Shown here: in pieces, positions 1 through 10,631 of the stretch
How the letters are laid out: the number at the start of each line of letters is the position of its first letter
How positions within the stretch are numbered: the first letter of the stretch is position 1
From: an uncultured delta proteobacterium
GTDB lineage: Bacteria > Myxococcota_A > Polyangia > Polyangiales > Polyangiaceae
Direction of reading: 5' to 3'
Length of the DNA stretch: 64,000 nt
Assembly (NCBI GenBank): GCA_963841435.1
Contig: CAWJCS010000005.1
Span: forward strand, 32,001 to 96,000
Translations under genes and position numbers: made by a program
Notes under the pieces: model-generated
What the model saw: only the letters and a program-made list of their open reading frames with translations
What the model was told of the DNA's origin: nothing
Databases searched by the model: none

Positions 1-372
1 CTGTTCACCCACGGGCACCAGAGCGACGCGCTCGTGACCGACGGCATGGGAGCGGCGGAGTACGGGGTCTGGCTCGGCGGCTGGGCACGACGGCTCCACC
101 TCGATCCCATCTACCAATTCGGCAACTGGCTCGACAACGTTCGCGGCGGCATCTCGGTGCACAGCGAGCGCTGTGCGTTCCAGCGGGCGTGGATGGGTCG
201 AGCCGAGCGGCGCGAGATGGACGTGATGATCACGGGCCACACGCACCTCGCGACCCGCGCCGAGCACGGCGCCCGGCTCTACCTCAACAGCGGCTCGTGC
301 AGCGAAGGCAAGTTCAGCTACCTCGCGATCGACACGCGGCTCGGCAGCTACACGGTGCACACGGGCTACTGA
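1..372 (+). CDS. Metallophosphoesterase (calcineurin-like, LpxH/UDP-2,3-diacylglucosamine hydrolase-like), 5'-truncated by window edge
   Basis: Frame open from base 1: LFTHGHQ...MITGHTH...YLNSGS, the C-terminal HGH / GHTH / NxGS motifs of metallophosphoesterases. Confidence 0.7.
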   Translation: MFTHGHQSDALVTDGMGAAEYGVWLGGWARRLHLDPIYQFGNWLDNVRGGISVHSERCAFQRAWMGRAERREMDVMITGHTHLATRAEHGARLYLNSGSCSEGKFSYLAIDTRLGSYTVHTGY

Positions 373-446
373 GGCCCGACTCGCGGGGCGAGCGCCGCTG
401 GGCAGAGCCGCGCGCGGGCACCGTCGTGTAAGCTACCCGCGCCCGC

Positions 447-1277
447 GTGCGTCGTTCCGTCACCGTGGCCCTCGGCATCTCGGGGGCGCTCCTCATGGCC
501 GCCCCTTCGCGGGCCGAGCCGGGCTGCGACCGCGCGGCGCCGTGGAACCGCCTCGGCGACGCCGCGAAGAACTACGCCGCGCCGTTGCCGCTCGGTCTCA
601 CGGCGGCAAGCGCCATCCCTCCTCTCACGCTCGCCACGACGTCCGGCGATCACCGCCTGCGCGTGTTCGCCCAGACCACGCTCGGCGGGAGCTATCGCGC
701 CGAGCCCGTCAGCTACTACGCGCCGTTCGTGGTGGGCGCGGGAGCTCTCGGGACCGTCGCCGTCGCGGCGCTCGGAGGTTCCTGCAAGGTGCAGCGCCCG
801 GCGGCGGCCGTGCTCCAGGCGATGGTGCTTGGCCTTGCGGTGACCGGGCTCTCGAAGTGGGCGATCGGTCGCGGCTGGCCGAACGCCGGCCTCGACCCTC
901 ACGCGCCCGACCGCCTGGACCATCCCGAGCGGGCGCACGTCTTTCGCCCGTTCGTAAACGGCCTCGGCGCCTTCCCGAGCGGCCACACGCTATCGATGAT
1001 GGCCGCGGCGGCGGCGTTCCGCACGGCCGCGCCCGAGCTCGGGGTGGTTTCCTACGTGGGGTATCCGCTCGCGCTCGGCGTGGGGTTCGGCATGTGGTTC
1101 GGCGACCGGCACTGGGCGTCCGACGTGCTTTCGGGCGCGCTGCTCGGCGAGGCCGTCGGCTCGAGCGTGGGCCGAAGCTTCAGAGTGACGGACGACGGAG
1201 CGAAGGGCGCCACGCGGTCGTTGTGGGTCGCGCCCGTCGCGGGCGGCGCCGTCGCCTTCTACGGCGGCGCGTTCTAG
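447..1277 (+). CDS. PAP2-family phosphatase, membrane protein with signal peptide
   Basis: KWAIGRGWP, FPSGH and DRHWASDV match the three PAP2 motifs; hydrophobic segments. Confidence 0.85.
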   Translation: MRRSVTVALGISGALLMAAPSRAEPGCDRAAPWNRLGDAAKNYAAPLPLGLTAASAIPPLTLATTSGDHRLRVFAQTTLGGSYRAEPVSYYAPFVVGAGALGTVAVAALGGSCKVQRPAAAVLQAMVLGLAVTGLSKWAIGRGWPNAGLDPHAPDRLDHPERAHVFRPFVNGLGAFPSGHTLSMMAAAAAFRTAAPELGVVSYVGYPLALGVGFGMWFGDRHWASDVLSGALLGEAVGSSVGRSFRVTDDGAKGATRSLWVAPVAGGAVAFYGGAF

Positions 1278-1369
1278 TGAGCTCTGTCCAGCCCCTCCGT
1301 GGAACGGTGCGCCTCGACGTCATTTCGGCGAGGCACGGGGGTCGCCTCAACCAAGCTCCCGTTGGAGTG

Positions 1370-2164
1370 CTAGACGGCGCCGCCCAGCACGTCGGCGAGC
1401 GTGTAGCGCGCGGCAGGCTTGCCGATCACGAAGCGCGCGGCACGGAGCGCGCCGTTCGCGAACAGCTCGCGGTGGGTGGCGCGGTGCGAAAGCTCGAGCC
1501 GCTCGCCGTTGCCGAGCAAGAGCACGCTGTGGTCGCCGATCACGTCGCCGCCACGAAGCGCCACGACGCCGACCTCGTTCGAGCCGCGCGGCCCGACGTC
1601 ACCGGACCTCAGGTGTTGCTCGACGAGCTCCGGACGAGCGGCGCGAGCGGCCTCGACGAGGCGCTTGGCGGTGCCGCTCGGCGCGTCCACCTTGCGGCGA
1701 TGGTGCACCTCCACGACCTCGACGTCGAAGTCGGCGCCGAGGCGCCGCACCGCTTGCTCGACGAGCTCCGCGAGCACCTGAATGCCGACGCTCATGTTGG
1801 GGGCCCAGAGCACCGGCACGGCCGTCGCGGCGCGTTCGAGCGCGGCCTTTGCGGCGGCGTCGAGGCTCGTCGTGCCCGAAACCATCGCCACGCCGCTGCG
1901 CGCCGCCACGCCGGCGAGCACGGCGACCGCCGACCCGACCGAAAAATCGACGACGACGTCGGCGCCGAGCAGCGCGGCGCCCACGTCCGGGCTCGCGACG
2001 ACGCCGAGCGCGCCGACGCCGGCGAGCTCACCGAGATCGCGCCCCAGGGCGGCATCGTCCGCGGAGCAGGCCCCACCGACGATCTCGACGTCGGACGTGG
2101 CGCGAGCGGCGCGGATCACCGCGAGGCCCATGCGCCCCGTGGCGCCGTGAACGGCGAGCCTCAC
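1370..2164 (-). CDS. dapB: 4-hydroxy-tetrahydrodipicolinate reductase
   Basis: GATGRMG Rossmann motif, VDFS, EVHHRRKVDAPSGTA, RGGDVIGDH; 4-bp overlap with dapA. Confidence 0.95.
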   Translation of the reverse strand: MRLAVHGATGRMGLAVIRAARATSDVEIVGGACSADDAALGRDLGELAGVGALGVVASPDVGAALLGADVVVDFSVGSAVAVLAGVAARSGVAMVSGTTSLDAAAKAALERAATAVPVLWAPNMSVGIQVLAELVEQAVRRLGADFDVEVVEVHHRRKVDAPSGTAKRLVEAARAARPELVEQHLRSGDVGPRGSNEVGVVALRGGDVIGDHSVLLLGNGERLELSHRATHRELFANGALRAARFVIGKPAARYTLADVLGGAV

Positions 2165-3060
2165 GCCGAGGCCTCGTACGCCGACAGCAGCTCCGCCAGA
2201 CGGCCCTTGAGCGTCGGGCTCGCCTCGACGAGCGGCGAGCGCACGCTGGCGCTCGGGAAGAGTCCCTTGTGGACGAGCGCCGCCTTGACGGGCGCCGGGC
2301 TCGGCTCGGCGAACAGCGCGCGGTGCACGGGGTAGAGCGCGAGGTGCTTCGCGCGCGCCGCGGCGTGTCGCCCCGCGGCGAAGTCGTCGACGACGGCATT
2401 GACGGCGCGCGGGTAAACGTTGCTCGTGACGCTGATGACGCCGCGCGCGCCGACGGCGAGCATCGGCAGGGTGAGCGGATCGTCACCGGAGAGCACGGCA
2501 ATGCGGTCGCCGCCCTTCGCGAGCAGCTCCTGGCAGTAAAGGACGCCTCCGGAGGCGTCCTTCAGGCCCACGACGGTCGGGCAAAGCTCGAGAATCCTGA
2601 GCAAGGTGTCCACCGAGAGCTCCACGCCGCTCCGCGCGGGAATGTTGTAGAGCACGAGCGGCCCGGGCACGGCCTGCGCGACGAGCGTCACGTGGCGCAG
2701 CAGGCCGTCCTGCGAAGGACGGCTGTAATACGGCACGACGAGCATCGCGCCGTCGGCGCCGGCGTCGAACGCGGCGCGCGTCGCCTCGATGGTCTTCCTC
2801 GTATCGTTCGTGCCGGTTCCGGCGAGAACCAGCGCCCGACCGCGCAGCACGCGCACCGTGCGCGCCACGAGCTCGCGCTGCTCGGCGTCCGACAGCGTGG
2901 GCGCCTCGCCCGTCGTGCCGCAAGGAACGACGCCACGCACGCCACCTGCGACCTGCGCCTCGAGGAGCGCTTCGTAGGCCGACCAGTCGATGTCGTACTC
3001 CGACGAGGAGAACGGCGTCGCGAGCGCCGTATACGTGCCAGAAAGGTCGAGAGAAGCCAT
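2161..3060 (-). CDS. dapA: 4-hydroxy-tetrahydrodipicolinate synthase
   Basis: GTTGE, PYY, YNIPARSG, catalytic GLKDASG, LSGDD. Confidence 0.95.
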   Translation of the reverse strand: MASLDLSGTYTALATPFSSSEYDIDWSAYEALLEAQVAGGVRGVVPCGTTGEAPTLSDAEQRELVARTVRVLRGRALVLAGTGTNDTRKTIEATRAAFDAGADGAMLVVPYYSRPSQDGLLRHVTLVAQAVPGPLVLYNIPARSGVELSVDTLLRILELCPTVVGLKDASGGVLYCQELLAKGGDRIAVLSGDDPLTLPMLAVGARGVISVTSNVYPRAVNAVVDDFAAGRHAAARAKHLALYPVHRALFAEPSPAPVKAALVHKGLFPSASVRSPLVEASPTLKGRLAELLSAYEASA

Positions 3061-3196
3061 GGGGCCCCCGACCTATGTCCCTTCCGGCGACGCGAAGCAA
3101 GTCGCGGGCGGATCGCGAAGAGCCGCGACGCCGCGCGGGATTGTGGCCCGCACATTGACCGCGGACCTTAGCCGGGTTCTCCTGGGGGTCCGAGCA

Positions 3197-4078
3197 ATGA
3201 GCTCCGACACGCTGTTTCCGGAGCGGCGGACGCGCATCTCCTTCGCGTCGGTGCTGCCGAGCGGACCCGACCGGCCATGCCTGGTCGTCATCGCGGGCCC
3301 GGAGCTCGGACGGCGCGTGGAGCTCGCTGCCGAAACCGTTGACATCGGCCGCGGCGAGCAGTGTGCGCTCACCATCAACAGCGATCTGGTGAGCCGTCAC
3401 CACGCGACCGTCGTCCGCACGGGCGAGCACCACGCGATCCGCGACGAGAACAGCACCAACGGCACGTTCGTCAACGACCAGCGCGTTGACGGCTCGCTCG
3501 ACCTCGAAGACGGCGATCAGATCAAGATCGGGCGCACCGTGCTCAAGTACACGAGAAGCTTGCTCGAGGTCGGCTACCTGGAGCACGTCATGGGGCTGGC
3601 AACGCACGACGCGCTCACGGGCATATTCAACAAGCGGCGCTTCGACGAGGCCTTCCCCGCGGAGGCAAAGCGGGCCGCCAGCGGCAAGCGGCCCCTCAGC
3701 CTCGTCGTGTTCGACATCGACTTCTTCAAGCGCATCAACGACACGCGCGGCCACTCCGCTGGCGACGCCGTGCTGCGCGAGCTCACGGGCGTCGCGAAGG
3801 CGTGCCTGAACGACACCGACCTTCTGGCTCGCGTCGGCGGCGAGGAGTTTGCGGTTTTGCTCCCCGAGCCGCTCGAGAGCGCTCGTGCAAAATCCGAAAG
3901 GTTGCGCGCCGCCGTCGAGGCGCACGATTTTCGCTGGGACGGAGAGCGCGTGCCGATCACCATCAGCGTGGGCGTCGCGGAGCTCGGTACCGACGAGGGG
4001 CCGGAGGCGCTCTACGTGCGCACGGACACCCTGCTCTACCAGTCCAAGCACGGCGGAAGAAACCAGGTCAGCGGTTAG
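3197..4078 (+). CDS. FHA-domain diguanylate cyclase (FHA-GGDEF)
   Basis: FHA motifs IGR, VSRHHA, STNGTFVN; GGDEF domain DALTG, DIDFFKRIND, GGEEF. ATG 3197 chosen because the longer ORF overlaps dapA. Confidence 0.9.
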   Translation: MSSDTLFPERRTRISFASVLPSGPDRPCLVVIAGPELGRRVELAAETVDIGRGEQCALTINSDLVSRHHATVVRTGEHHAIRDENSTNGTFVNDQRVDGSLDLEDGDQIKIGRTVLKYTRSLLEVGYLEHVMGLATHDALTGIFNKRRFDEAFPAEAKRAASGKRPLSLVVFDIDFFKRINDTRGHSAGDAVLRELTGVAKACLNDTDLLARVGGEEFAVLLPEPLESARAKSERLRAAVEAHDFRWDGERVPITISVGVAELGTDEGPEALYVRTDTLLYQSKHGGRNQVSG

Positions 4079-4130
4079 GACACGCGTGGCACCTGCCGCA
4101 CCGGACGGCAGCGGCTATATTCCGACGCCC

Positions 4131-6059
4131 ATGCCGACCGAGGTCCCAAAAGGCCCCCGCCCCGCCCCTCTCGCCCTGCGCCTCAGCGAGGACTTGGTGC
4201 CCGGCGTGCCGTTCGGCGCGGGCTCGGACCGACTGCGCGCGCTCGTTCGCGACCTCGAACGCCCGTCGGCGCCGCTCCCTCAAGCAGCGGCACTGCGCGA
4301 GGCGTGTCGCGCCGTCCTCGCGAGCGGCGCGGCGCGTGTCGTTCTGCTCGATTTTCCCGACGCAACCCTAGAATGCCAGGTCCTGCCCGAGCCAGCGTCG
4401 GGCGGCGGCCGGCGTGGCCTGCTCGCGCTCTTCACGGACGTGACGGGGGAGCGCGCCGCCGCGAGCGAGGAGCACGATCGCGGCCAGCGCTTCCGCGTCG
4501 TCGTCATGCACATGCCGGGCTTTTGCTACACCGTGAATCGAGAGCTCGTGTTCACCTCGTCGGTCGGCTCGGGGCTCTCGAACCTGAGCCTCGCCGAGGG
4601 TCAGCTCGTGGGCGTGCGTCTCACCGACCTCTGGGGCACCTCGGATCCGACCTACGAGCCCTTCGCGTGCCACCTGAGGGCGCTCGGCGGAGCCGCTCAG
4701 ACCTACCAAGACGTGTGCATGGGGCGCTCGCTCGAGTACCAGCTGCAACCGCTGCGCGACGGCGACGGTGCCATCGTGGGCGTGATCGGCGTGGGCTTCG
4801 ACGTGACCGAGCGCGAGCTCGCGAAGGAAGAGAAAGCTCGCCTTTCTGCCCAGCTCCGCCAGGCCCAGAAAATGGAGGCGATCGGCCGCCTCGCGGGGGG
4901 TGTCGCCCACGATTTCAACAACCTGCTCACCTGCATCCTCGGCAACCTCACACTCGCCGAGAATCGCCTCGAGGACGGCTCTCCGCTCAGGCGTCACCTC
5001 ACGGTCGCGACGGCCGCCGCCGAGAGCGCGGCCACGCTGACGCGGCAGCTGCTCGCGTTCGGTCGCAAGCAGGTCATCGAGCCGCGCCCGCTCAACCTCA
5101 GCGTGCTCATCGAGCGCGTGCGCGACATGCTGGAGCGCCTGATCGGCGAGAGCATCACGCTGTTGACGAGCTTTGCGCCCGACCTCTGGTACGTCCAGGC
5201 CGACCCGGGGCAGCTCGAGCAGATCCTGGTAAATCTCATCGTGAATGCGCGTGACGCCATCACGGGGCACGGCGAGATCTTCGTCGAGACGGCGAATCTG
5301 AAGCTCAAGGGAAGGGGCGGCACGGCGCCCGAACAGCTCGCGCCCGGTCAATACGTCGTGCTCACGGTGGGCGATTCGGGACGCGGCATGTCGGAAATCG
5401 TGCGTGCACGGCTGTTCGAGCCGTTCTTCACGACCAAGGAGACGGGGGCGGGCACGGGCCTCGGGCTTGCCACCGTGTACGGCGCGGTGCAGCAAAACGG
5501 AGGCACCATCGCCGTCGACTCCCAGCTCGGTGCGGGGTCCACCTTCCGCATCTTCCTGCCCCGCGTGCACGCCGACGCGGAAGCCGTGCTCGCCGACGCG
5601 CCCACGCCCCCGCCACCCTCGCGCCCGCGGGGCGGCACGGAGACGATCCTGCTCGTCGAGGACGAGCCGCTCGTGCTCGAGCTCGCGCAGTGCGCGCTCC
5701 AGGAGCTTGGCTACAAGGTGCTGCCGTGCGCCAGCGCCGACGAAGCCTTGCGCACCTTCGCCGAGTACCCGGCGACTATCGATTTGCTCGTGACGGATGT
5801 AGTAATGCCCCGCATGAACGGTAAGGAGCTTGCGGCGCGCATCGTTTCGCTACGACCCGGCATCCACGTGCTATTTAGCTCCGGCTACGGCGAGGACATC
5901 ATCACCAGGCAAGGCGTCATCGAGACGGGGCTGCACTTCATCGAAAAGCCGTATAGGCCGAACGACCTCCTGGCGAAGGTGCGCGACATCCTCGACCAGC
6001 AGCGCCCGCGGGCCGGCGCGCCACCGAGCGGCCGCGAGCACTCAGCCGGTGTTGCATGA
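4131..6059 (+). CDS. Hybrid sensor histidine kinase (PAS-HisKA-HATPase-REC)
   Basis: AGGVAHDFNNLL H-box, NLIVNARDA, DSGRGM, FEPFFTTK, GTGLGL; C-terminal receiver ILLVEDE...TDVVMP...KP. Start at 4131 inferred. Confidence 0.9.
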   Translation: MPTEVPKGPRPAPLALRLSEDLVPGVPFGAGSDRLRALVRDLERPSAPLPQAAALREACRAVLASGAARVVLLDFPDATLECQVLPEPASGGGRRGLLALFTDVTGERAAASEEHDRGQRFRVVVMHMPGFCYTVNRELVFTSSVGSGLSNLSLAEGQLVGVRLTDLWGTSDPTYEPFACHLRALGGAAQTYQDVCMGRSLEYQLQPLRDGDGAIVGVIGVGFDVTERELAKEEKARLSAQLRQAQKMEAIGRLAGGVAHDFNNLLTCILGNLTLAENRLEDGSPLRRHLTVATAAAESAATLTRQLLAFGRKQVIEPRPLNLSVLIERVRDMLERLIGESITLLTSFAPDLWYVQADPGQLEQILVNLIVNARDAITGHGEIFVETANLKLKGRGGTAPEQLAPGQYVVLTVGDSGRGMSEIVRARLFEPFFTTKETGAGTGLGLATVYGAVQQNGGTIAVDSQLGAGSTFRIFLPRVHADAEAVLADAPTPPPPSRPRGGTETILLVEDEPLVLELAQCALQELGYKVLPCASADEALRTFAEYPATIDLLVTDVVMPRMNGKELAARIVSLRPGIHVLFSSGYGEDIITRQGVIETGLHFIEKPYRPNDLLAKVRDILDQQRPRAGAPPSGREHSAGVA

Positions 6060-6071
6060 CTGCGCCGCCGG

Positions 6072-6093
6072 AGGGCCCTAGCTGGCCCTTTTT
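6072..6093 (+). terminator. Probable intrinsic terminator
   Basis: AGGGCC-ctagct-GGCCCT stem followed by TTTT, 12 nt after the kinase stop. Confidence 0.5.
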
Positions 6094-6177
6094 GAACGAT
6101 TCCACCATGATCAGAAGCCTCTGGGCCGGGAATGTACGTGGACCCAGGATGAAAACCTCCCCGAAGGAGTTCCGTTG

Positions 6178-8731
6178 ATGAGCCGGTCGTTACCCTTTGC
6201 GCCCACTGCGACAACGTCGGTATTGGTGATGGCGTTGACCGCTGCCTGCGGTCACTCGAGCGATACGTTGGACGCGTTCGAGCAGTCCAAGAAGGACAAT
6301 GGCCCCATCATGAGCGCGGGCGGCAGCGCGGGAACCGGCACGGGCGGCAGCGCCGGGACCGGCACGGGCGGGACCGGCAACATGAGCGGCAGCGCGGGCT
6401 CGGGCGGGAACCTGCCTCAGTTCGACTGCAACGCCGTTGCCTCGCAGCAGTTCGATCCGAACTACATGAAGGCCTACAGCGTGACGCCCGAGGTGGCCCA
6501 GGCCGTCACCAACACTCTGAGCAAGATGGACGGCGAAGGCAGGGCCAGCCAGATGCTCGGCATCCCCGCCGGCACCAGGGACTATCTGGACATCGAGCGC
6601 AGCCCCGACTTCAACGTCTCGGGCATCGGCAACATTCGCGGGTACAACTACCGCGACGCCGGTCGCGGCGTGAACCTCGACGCGGGGCAGCACAACCGCA
6701 CCCACAGCGGTGGCAACTACGCCACGGTGTTCCCCGCTCCGTCGATCCGCGCGGCGTCCTGGGATCTCGACCTCGAGAAGCGTGTCGGCGCGGCTGCCGG
6801 TGACGAGACGGCGGCGTCCCTGAACAACATGCTGCTCGCCCCCTGCATGAACATCATCCGCCACCCCTACTGGGGCCGCACGCAGGAAACCTACGGCGAG
6901 GACACGTACCACGTCGGCCGCATGGCGACGGCCTTCACGGTCGGCCTGCAAGAGTACGTCACGGCCTGCGCCAAGCACTTCGCGGCCAACAACATCGAGA
7001 AGGCGCGCTCGACGCAGAACGCGAAAATGAACGAGCAGACGCTGCGCGAGATCTACGCGCGCCACTTCGAGATGGTCGTTCAGGACGGCGGCGTCGGCTG
7101 CATCATGGCGTCCTACAACCTGATCAACGACGTCAAGTTCGACGCAGAACCCGCACCTCCTCCGCGACATCCTGAAGGCGCCCATCGAGCAGGGCGGCAT
7201 GGGCTTTCAGGGCCTCGTGATCTCGGACTGGTGGGCGATGCCGGGCGATCAGAACGATCGGGATTCACAGACCGCCCAGACCGAGACCACCGAAGCGGTG
7301 AACGCGGGCCTCGATATCGAGGTGCCCTGGCAGCTCCACTATTCGACGGCCACGCTGGCGAACGCGGACCAGACGCTCGTCGAGGACTCGGCCAGGCGCG
7401 TGCTCACGCAGAAGTACCGGTTCAAGACGGCCCTCGACACCGACGGTTGGAGCGTCAAACCGCCGGTGTCCACGCTCGCGGCCGACGGGTCGATCGCGAC
7501 GAACATGGATCACGAGGCGCTATCCGAGGAAGCGGAGATCAAGTCGGCCGTGCTGCTGTCGAACGGCATCATGCCGTCCCCGCCAGTGCTCCCGCTCACG
7601 GCAGCGACGAACATCGGCGTGCTCGGCCCCGACCAGGCCTTCAGTCTCATCAGCTCGTCAGTGCCGAAGGTCTGCGACCCTCCCACGGGCAGGACCTGCA
7701 CGGTCCACTTCGCGACCGATGTTTCGCTCGGGGATCGTGGCTCGAGCCGCGTCAATGGCGACCCCGCACGCTCGGTCGGCCCCTTCGCCGGCATCCAGAT
7801 GGCCGCGCCAACGGGCGTGACCGTCCAGAGCGGCAACTCGGCGGCTTCGGAAGCGGCCACGGCCGCCGACACGCTCGTGGTCGTCGTCGGCTACACGCCC
7901 GGCGACGAGGGCGAGGAATACGCCATCAACGAGGGCGGCGATCGCAGCACCCTCGATCTTCCGGCAGGGCAAAACGAGTTCGTGTCCGCCGCGCTCGATC
8001 TGATGAAGCCGACGGTGATCATCGTCCAGTCGGGCTCGATCGTGAACCTGCCCTGGCTCGCTCATATGAATCACAATCAAGCCACGATTTGGGCGGGCTA
8101 TGGCGGCCTTCGCGGCGGGGCGGCGCTCGGCAAGCTCATCTTCGGCGCCGCGAACTTCTCGGGCAAAGTGCCGCTGGCCTGGCCGACGCAAGCCGAGCAA
8201 GACCTGATGGCGTTCAAGGGCGTCGATACGGCGACGAACATGGGCTACTTCTTCGGCTATCGTGAGTACGATCGCCGAAAGTACGTCGCGAGCCAGGCGA
8301 TCAACATGGTCTTCCCGTTCGGCTGGGGCATGAGCTACTCCACGTTCGAGTATTCGAACGTCATGCTCCCCTGCACGGCCGTCACGAAGGACGCCGTCTT
8401 CAACGTCTCCGTGGATATCGCGAACACCTCGACCGTTGACGGCGACGAGGTCGCCATGCTCTTCGTCAAGCCGCCCCCGAAGCCGGCCGACATCACGGGC
8501 GATCGCCCGTGGAAGGAGCTCAAGAGCTTCGCACGCGTCCACGTGCCCGCGGGCCAGACCGTCATGGCCCAGCTCCCGCTCCGCATTCGGGATCTTCGCC
8601 GGTGGGAGGGCGACAAGACGGGCCACTGGGTCGTCGACAGCGGCGACTACACGATCCTCGTGGGCAAGAACGCCGACGACGCAGAGGCTACGACCACCAA
8701 CCTTGGTACCCTCACGGTCAACGGCGGCTGA
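6178..8731 (+). CDS. GH3 beta-glucosidase-like lipoprotein with Gly-rich linker and C-terminal FnIII-like domain; +1 frameshift at ~7138
   Basis: Lipobox LTAAC; WGRTQETYGED, CAKHFAAN, IMASYN in frame 1; ISDW nucleophile motif, FPFGWGMSY and ELKSF in frame 2. Removing one T at 7138/7139 restores VKSTQNPHLLRDILK...MGFQGLVISDW. RBS AAGGAG. Confidence 0.85.
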
Positions 8732-8775
8732 GCCACCCCACGCAAGCTACGACCGCGACATTCGGAACAAGCACC

Positions 8776-10329
8776 ATGACTTTTCGACCAAATGGTTTGG
8801 GGCTCGGTGTAGCCCTATCTCTGGGTTCGTTCTGCTCGAGCTTCAGCGCCACGGCGCTGGCTCAGGACGAGGCACCGCTTGCCGGGAGCCCGGGAGACGC
8901 AGCGACGACGCCGAGCAGCGACGAAGCGCCCCTAACGCCCGCCGAGGCCCCCGCTGAAACGCCTGCGGCGGAGCCCGCAACGGAGCCCGAGCCAAAGCCG
9001 GAGCCGGCGAAGCCCCCCGAGCCGGTGGCCGCGGCGGGGCCGACCACCGCGTCTGGAACGAGCGTGGAGCGCGAGAAAACCGTGTCGCTCGTGGGCCTCG
9101 AGCTGTTGCCCGGCTCGGCGTACCCGAGCGTCCAGACGCGCGGCATCAAGTACGGCTCTCTGTGGCTCACGTTTCACGGCCAGCAATGGCCGTACATGCC
9201 GCTCGTCGAAGGCGGCCCGGGCGTGCGCGTCGGGATCTCCGGGTCGGTCTGGAACGATCTCAGCAACACGCGGATTGCGGTGGACAACTCCCTCAAGGCA
9301 TCCGCCATCAACGACCAGAATCGCTGGACGACGCAAACGCGCGGAGTGCTGCGCGTCACACCGACGTACAGCGCCAAGAACGGTTGGTTCGTCCAGGGCA
9401 ACGCCGAGTTCGTCGCCCACGGCGACATGCGCGTTGACCCCACGTCGGGAGTCCTCGGCACCAACGATGACCTCTGGGTGCGCGGCGGCAAGTGGAACCT
9501 CTTCGACGTGACGGTCGGGCGCTTCCAGGGCTGGGAAATCGCCAACCACTACGGCATGGCGCTCGATCAGAACACGCTCGAGCGTTCCGGCGCGTGGATC
9601 GTGAGCTCGTCGCTCACGAGGCCGACGGACGGTTACGGCCTCAGCTACTTCTGGGACCGGCAGGACTTTTTGCTCGGTGGCTACGCCGTGCACGTCTACC
9701 CGACGAAGTTTTTGCGCGCTGAGATCCTCGGCCACGTCGGCGCCGGTGGCTCCCCCTTCGCGGGCACCCCGCATCAGGTGGACGTTCGTCCGTCGGCCAT
9801 CTTCGACATCGGCTACGTCAAGCTCAAAGCCGGGTGGGAGTACGGCAAGGCGATCCCGCAGGACAAGACGCAGCACCAGCGTGACTCGAAGAACGGCTAC
9901 GGCTTCGCCGCCCAGTTCGTGCTCGCCCCGTGGGTCGAGGCCGGAGGCAGCTTCGCGCGCGGTTTTCAGGACGTTCTGGACCAGTACGGCAACGTTAACC
10001 TGGCTGGCAGCAACACCGTTCAAACCTTCGGAGGCTTTCTGAACGTGAGCCCCGCCTACGAGCCCCTCGTGATCGGGTTCGGTGCCTTCCAGAACAACTA
10101 CGAAAACTTTCGTATCGACGCCAACACGGGGCCGCACAACGGCAAGGTTGACACCAACGACCAACTCCAGATGTTCGGCGCCGTTCAGTACACGCTGTGG
10201 GACCAGCTCTATTTGAAGTTCGTCGTGGCGCGCGCGAAAAACCACGTCGAGGCCTTCAAAGTCGGCGGTAGCAGCGTCTACACGAATGAGTCGTTGAGCG
10301 GCCGCTTGCGCGCGATGCTCCTGTTCTGA
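8776..10329 (+). CDS. Outer-membrane beta-barrel / porin-like protein
   Basis: Signal peptide (ALA|QD), Pro/Glu/Ala-rich spacer, many amphipathic aromatic strands, C-terminal Phe (RLRAMLLF). Confidence 0.7.
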   Translation: MTFRPNGLGLGVALSLGSFCSSFSATALAQDEAPLAGSPGDAATTPSSDEAPLTPAEAPAETPAAEPATEPEPKPEPAKPPEPVAAAGPTTASGTSVEREKTVSLVGLELLPGSAYPSVQTRGIKYGSLWLTFHGQQWPYMPLVEGGPGVRVGISGSVWNDLSNTRIAVDNSLKASAINDQNRWTTQTRGVLRVTPTYSAKNGWFVQGNAEFVAHGDMRVDPTSGVLGTNDDLWVRGGKWNLFDVTVGRFQGWEIANHYGMALDQNTLERSGAWIVSSSLTRPTDGYGLSYFWDRQDFLLGGYAVHVYPTKFLRAEILGHVGAGGSPFAGTPHQVDVRPSAIFDIGYVKLKAGWEYGKAIPQDKTQHQRDSKNGYGFAAQFVLAPWVEAGGSFARGFQDVLDQYGNVNLAGSNTVQTFGGFLNVSPAYEPLVIGFGAFQNNYENFRIDANTGPHNGKVDTNDQLQMFGAVQYTLWDQLYLKFVVARAKNHVEAFKVGGSSVYTNESLSGRLRAMLLF

Positions 10330-10631
10330 TCCGCGCGAGCTAGCGGGCGACCTTGCCCGCGCGGTCTCGCGCTCGACGCGGGTCGGCACACGCTGCGCGG
10401 CGCCACCCACGCGCTGGGCTCACGTTCGCTCCGAGCTACCTCGGCCACCTGCGCTGAAAGCCGCGGGCGAGACGCCGATCGGAGCTCGGAAAACGACCCC
10501 GGGAACACCCGGAGAACAAAAGTGCGGCTGCGCTCTCTCTTGAAATGGGGAGCATCGCTCGCTCCTTGTCGCCAGCTGTGCAAAGATCGGGCTGCTGCTT
10601 TCCACTTGCTTCGTCCCCGAGGGAGCCTCTC

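Noticed and set aside
1274-1373. 92 bp gap flanked by CTAG on both sides, with one end resembling the MITE end (CTAGCACT)
   Set aside because: Ends are not inverted repeats; both CTAGs coincide with stop codons of convergent genes; the internal hairpin is likely a terminator
6319-6410. GGC/AGC/ACC-rich tandem repeats here and in other lipoprotein genes
   Set aside because: Encode Gly/Ser/Ala/Thr linkers, ordinary for myxobacterial lipoproteins
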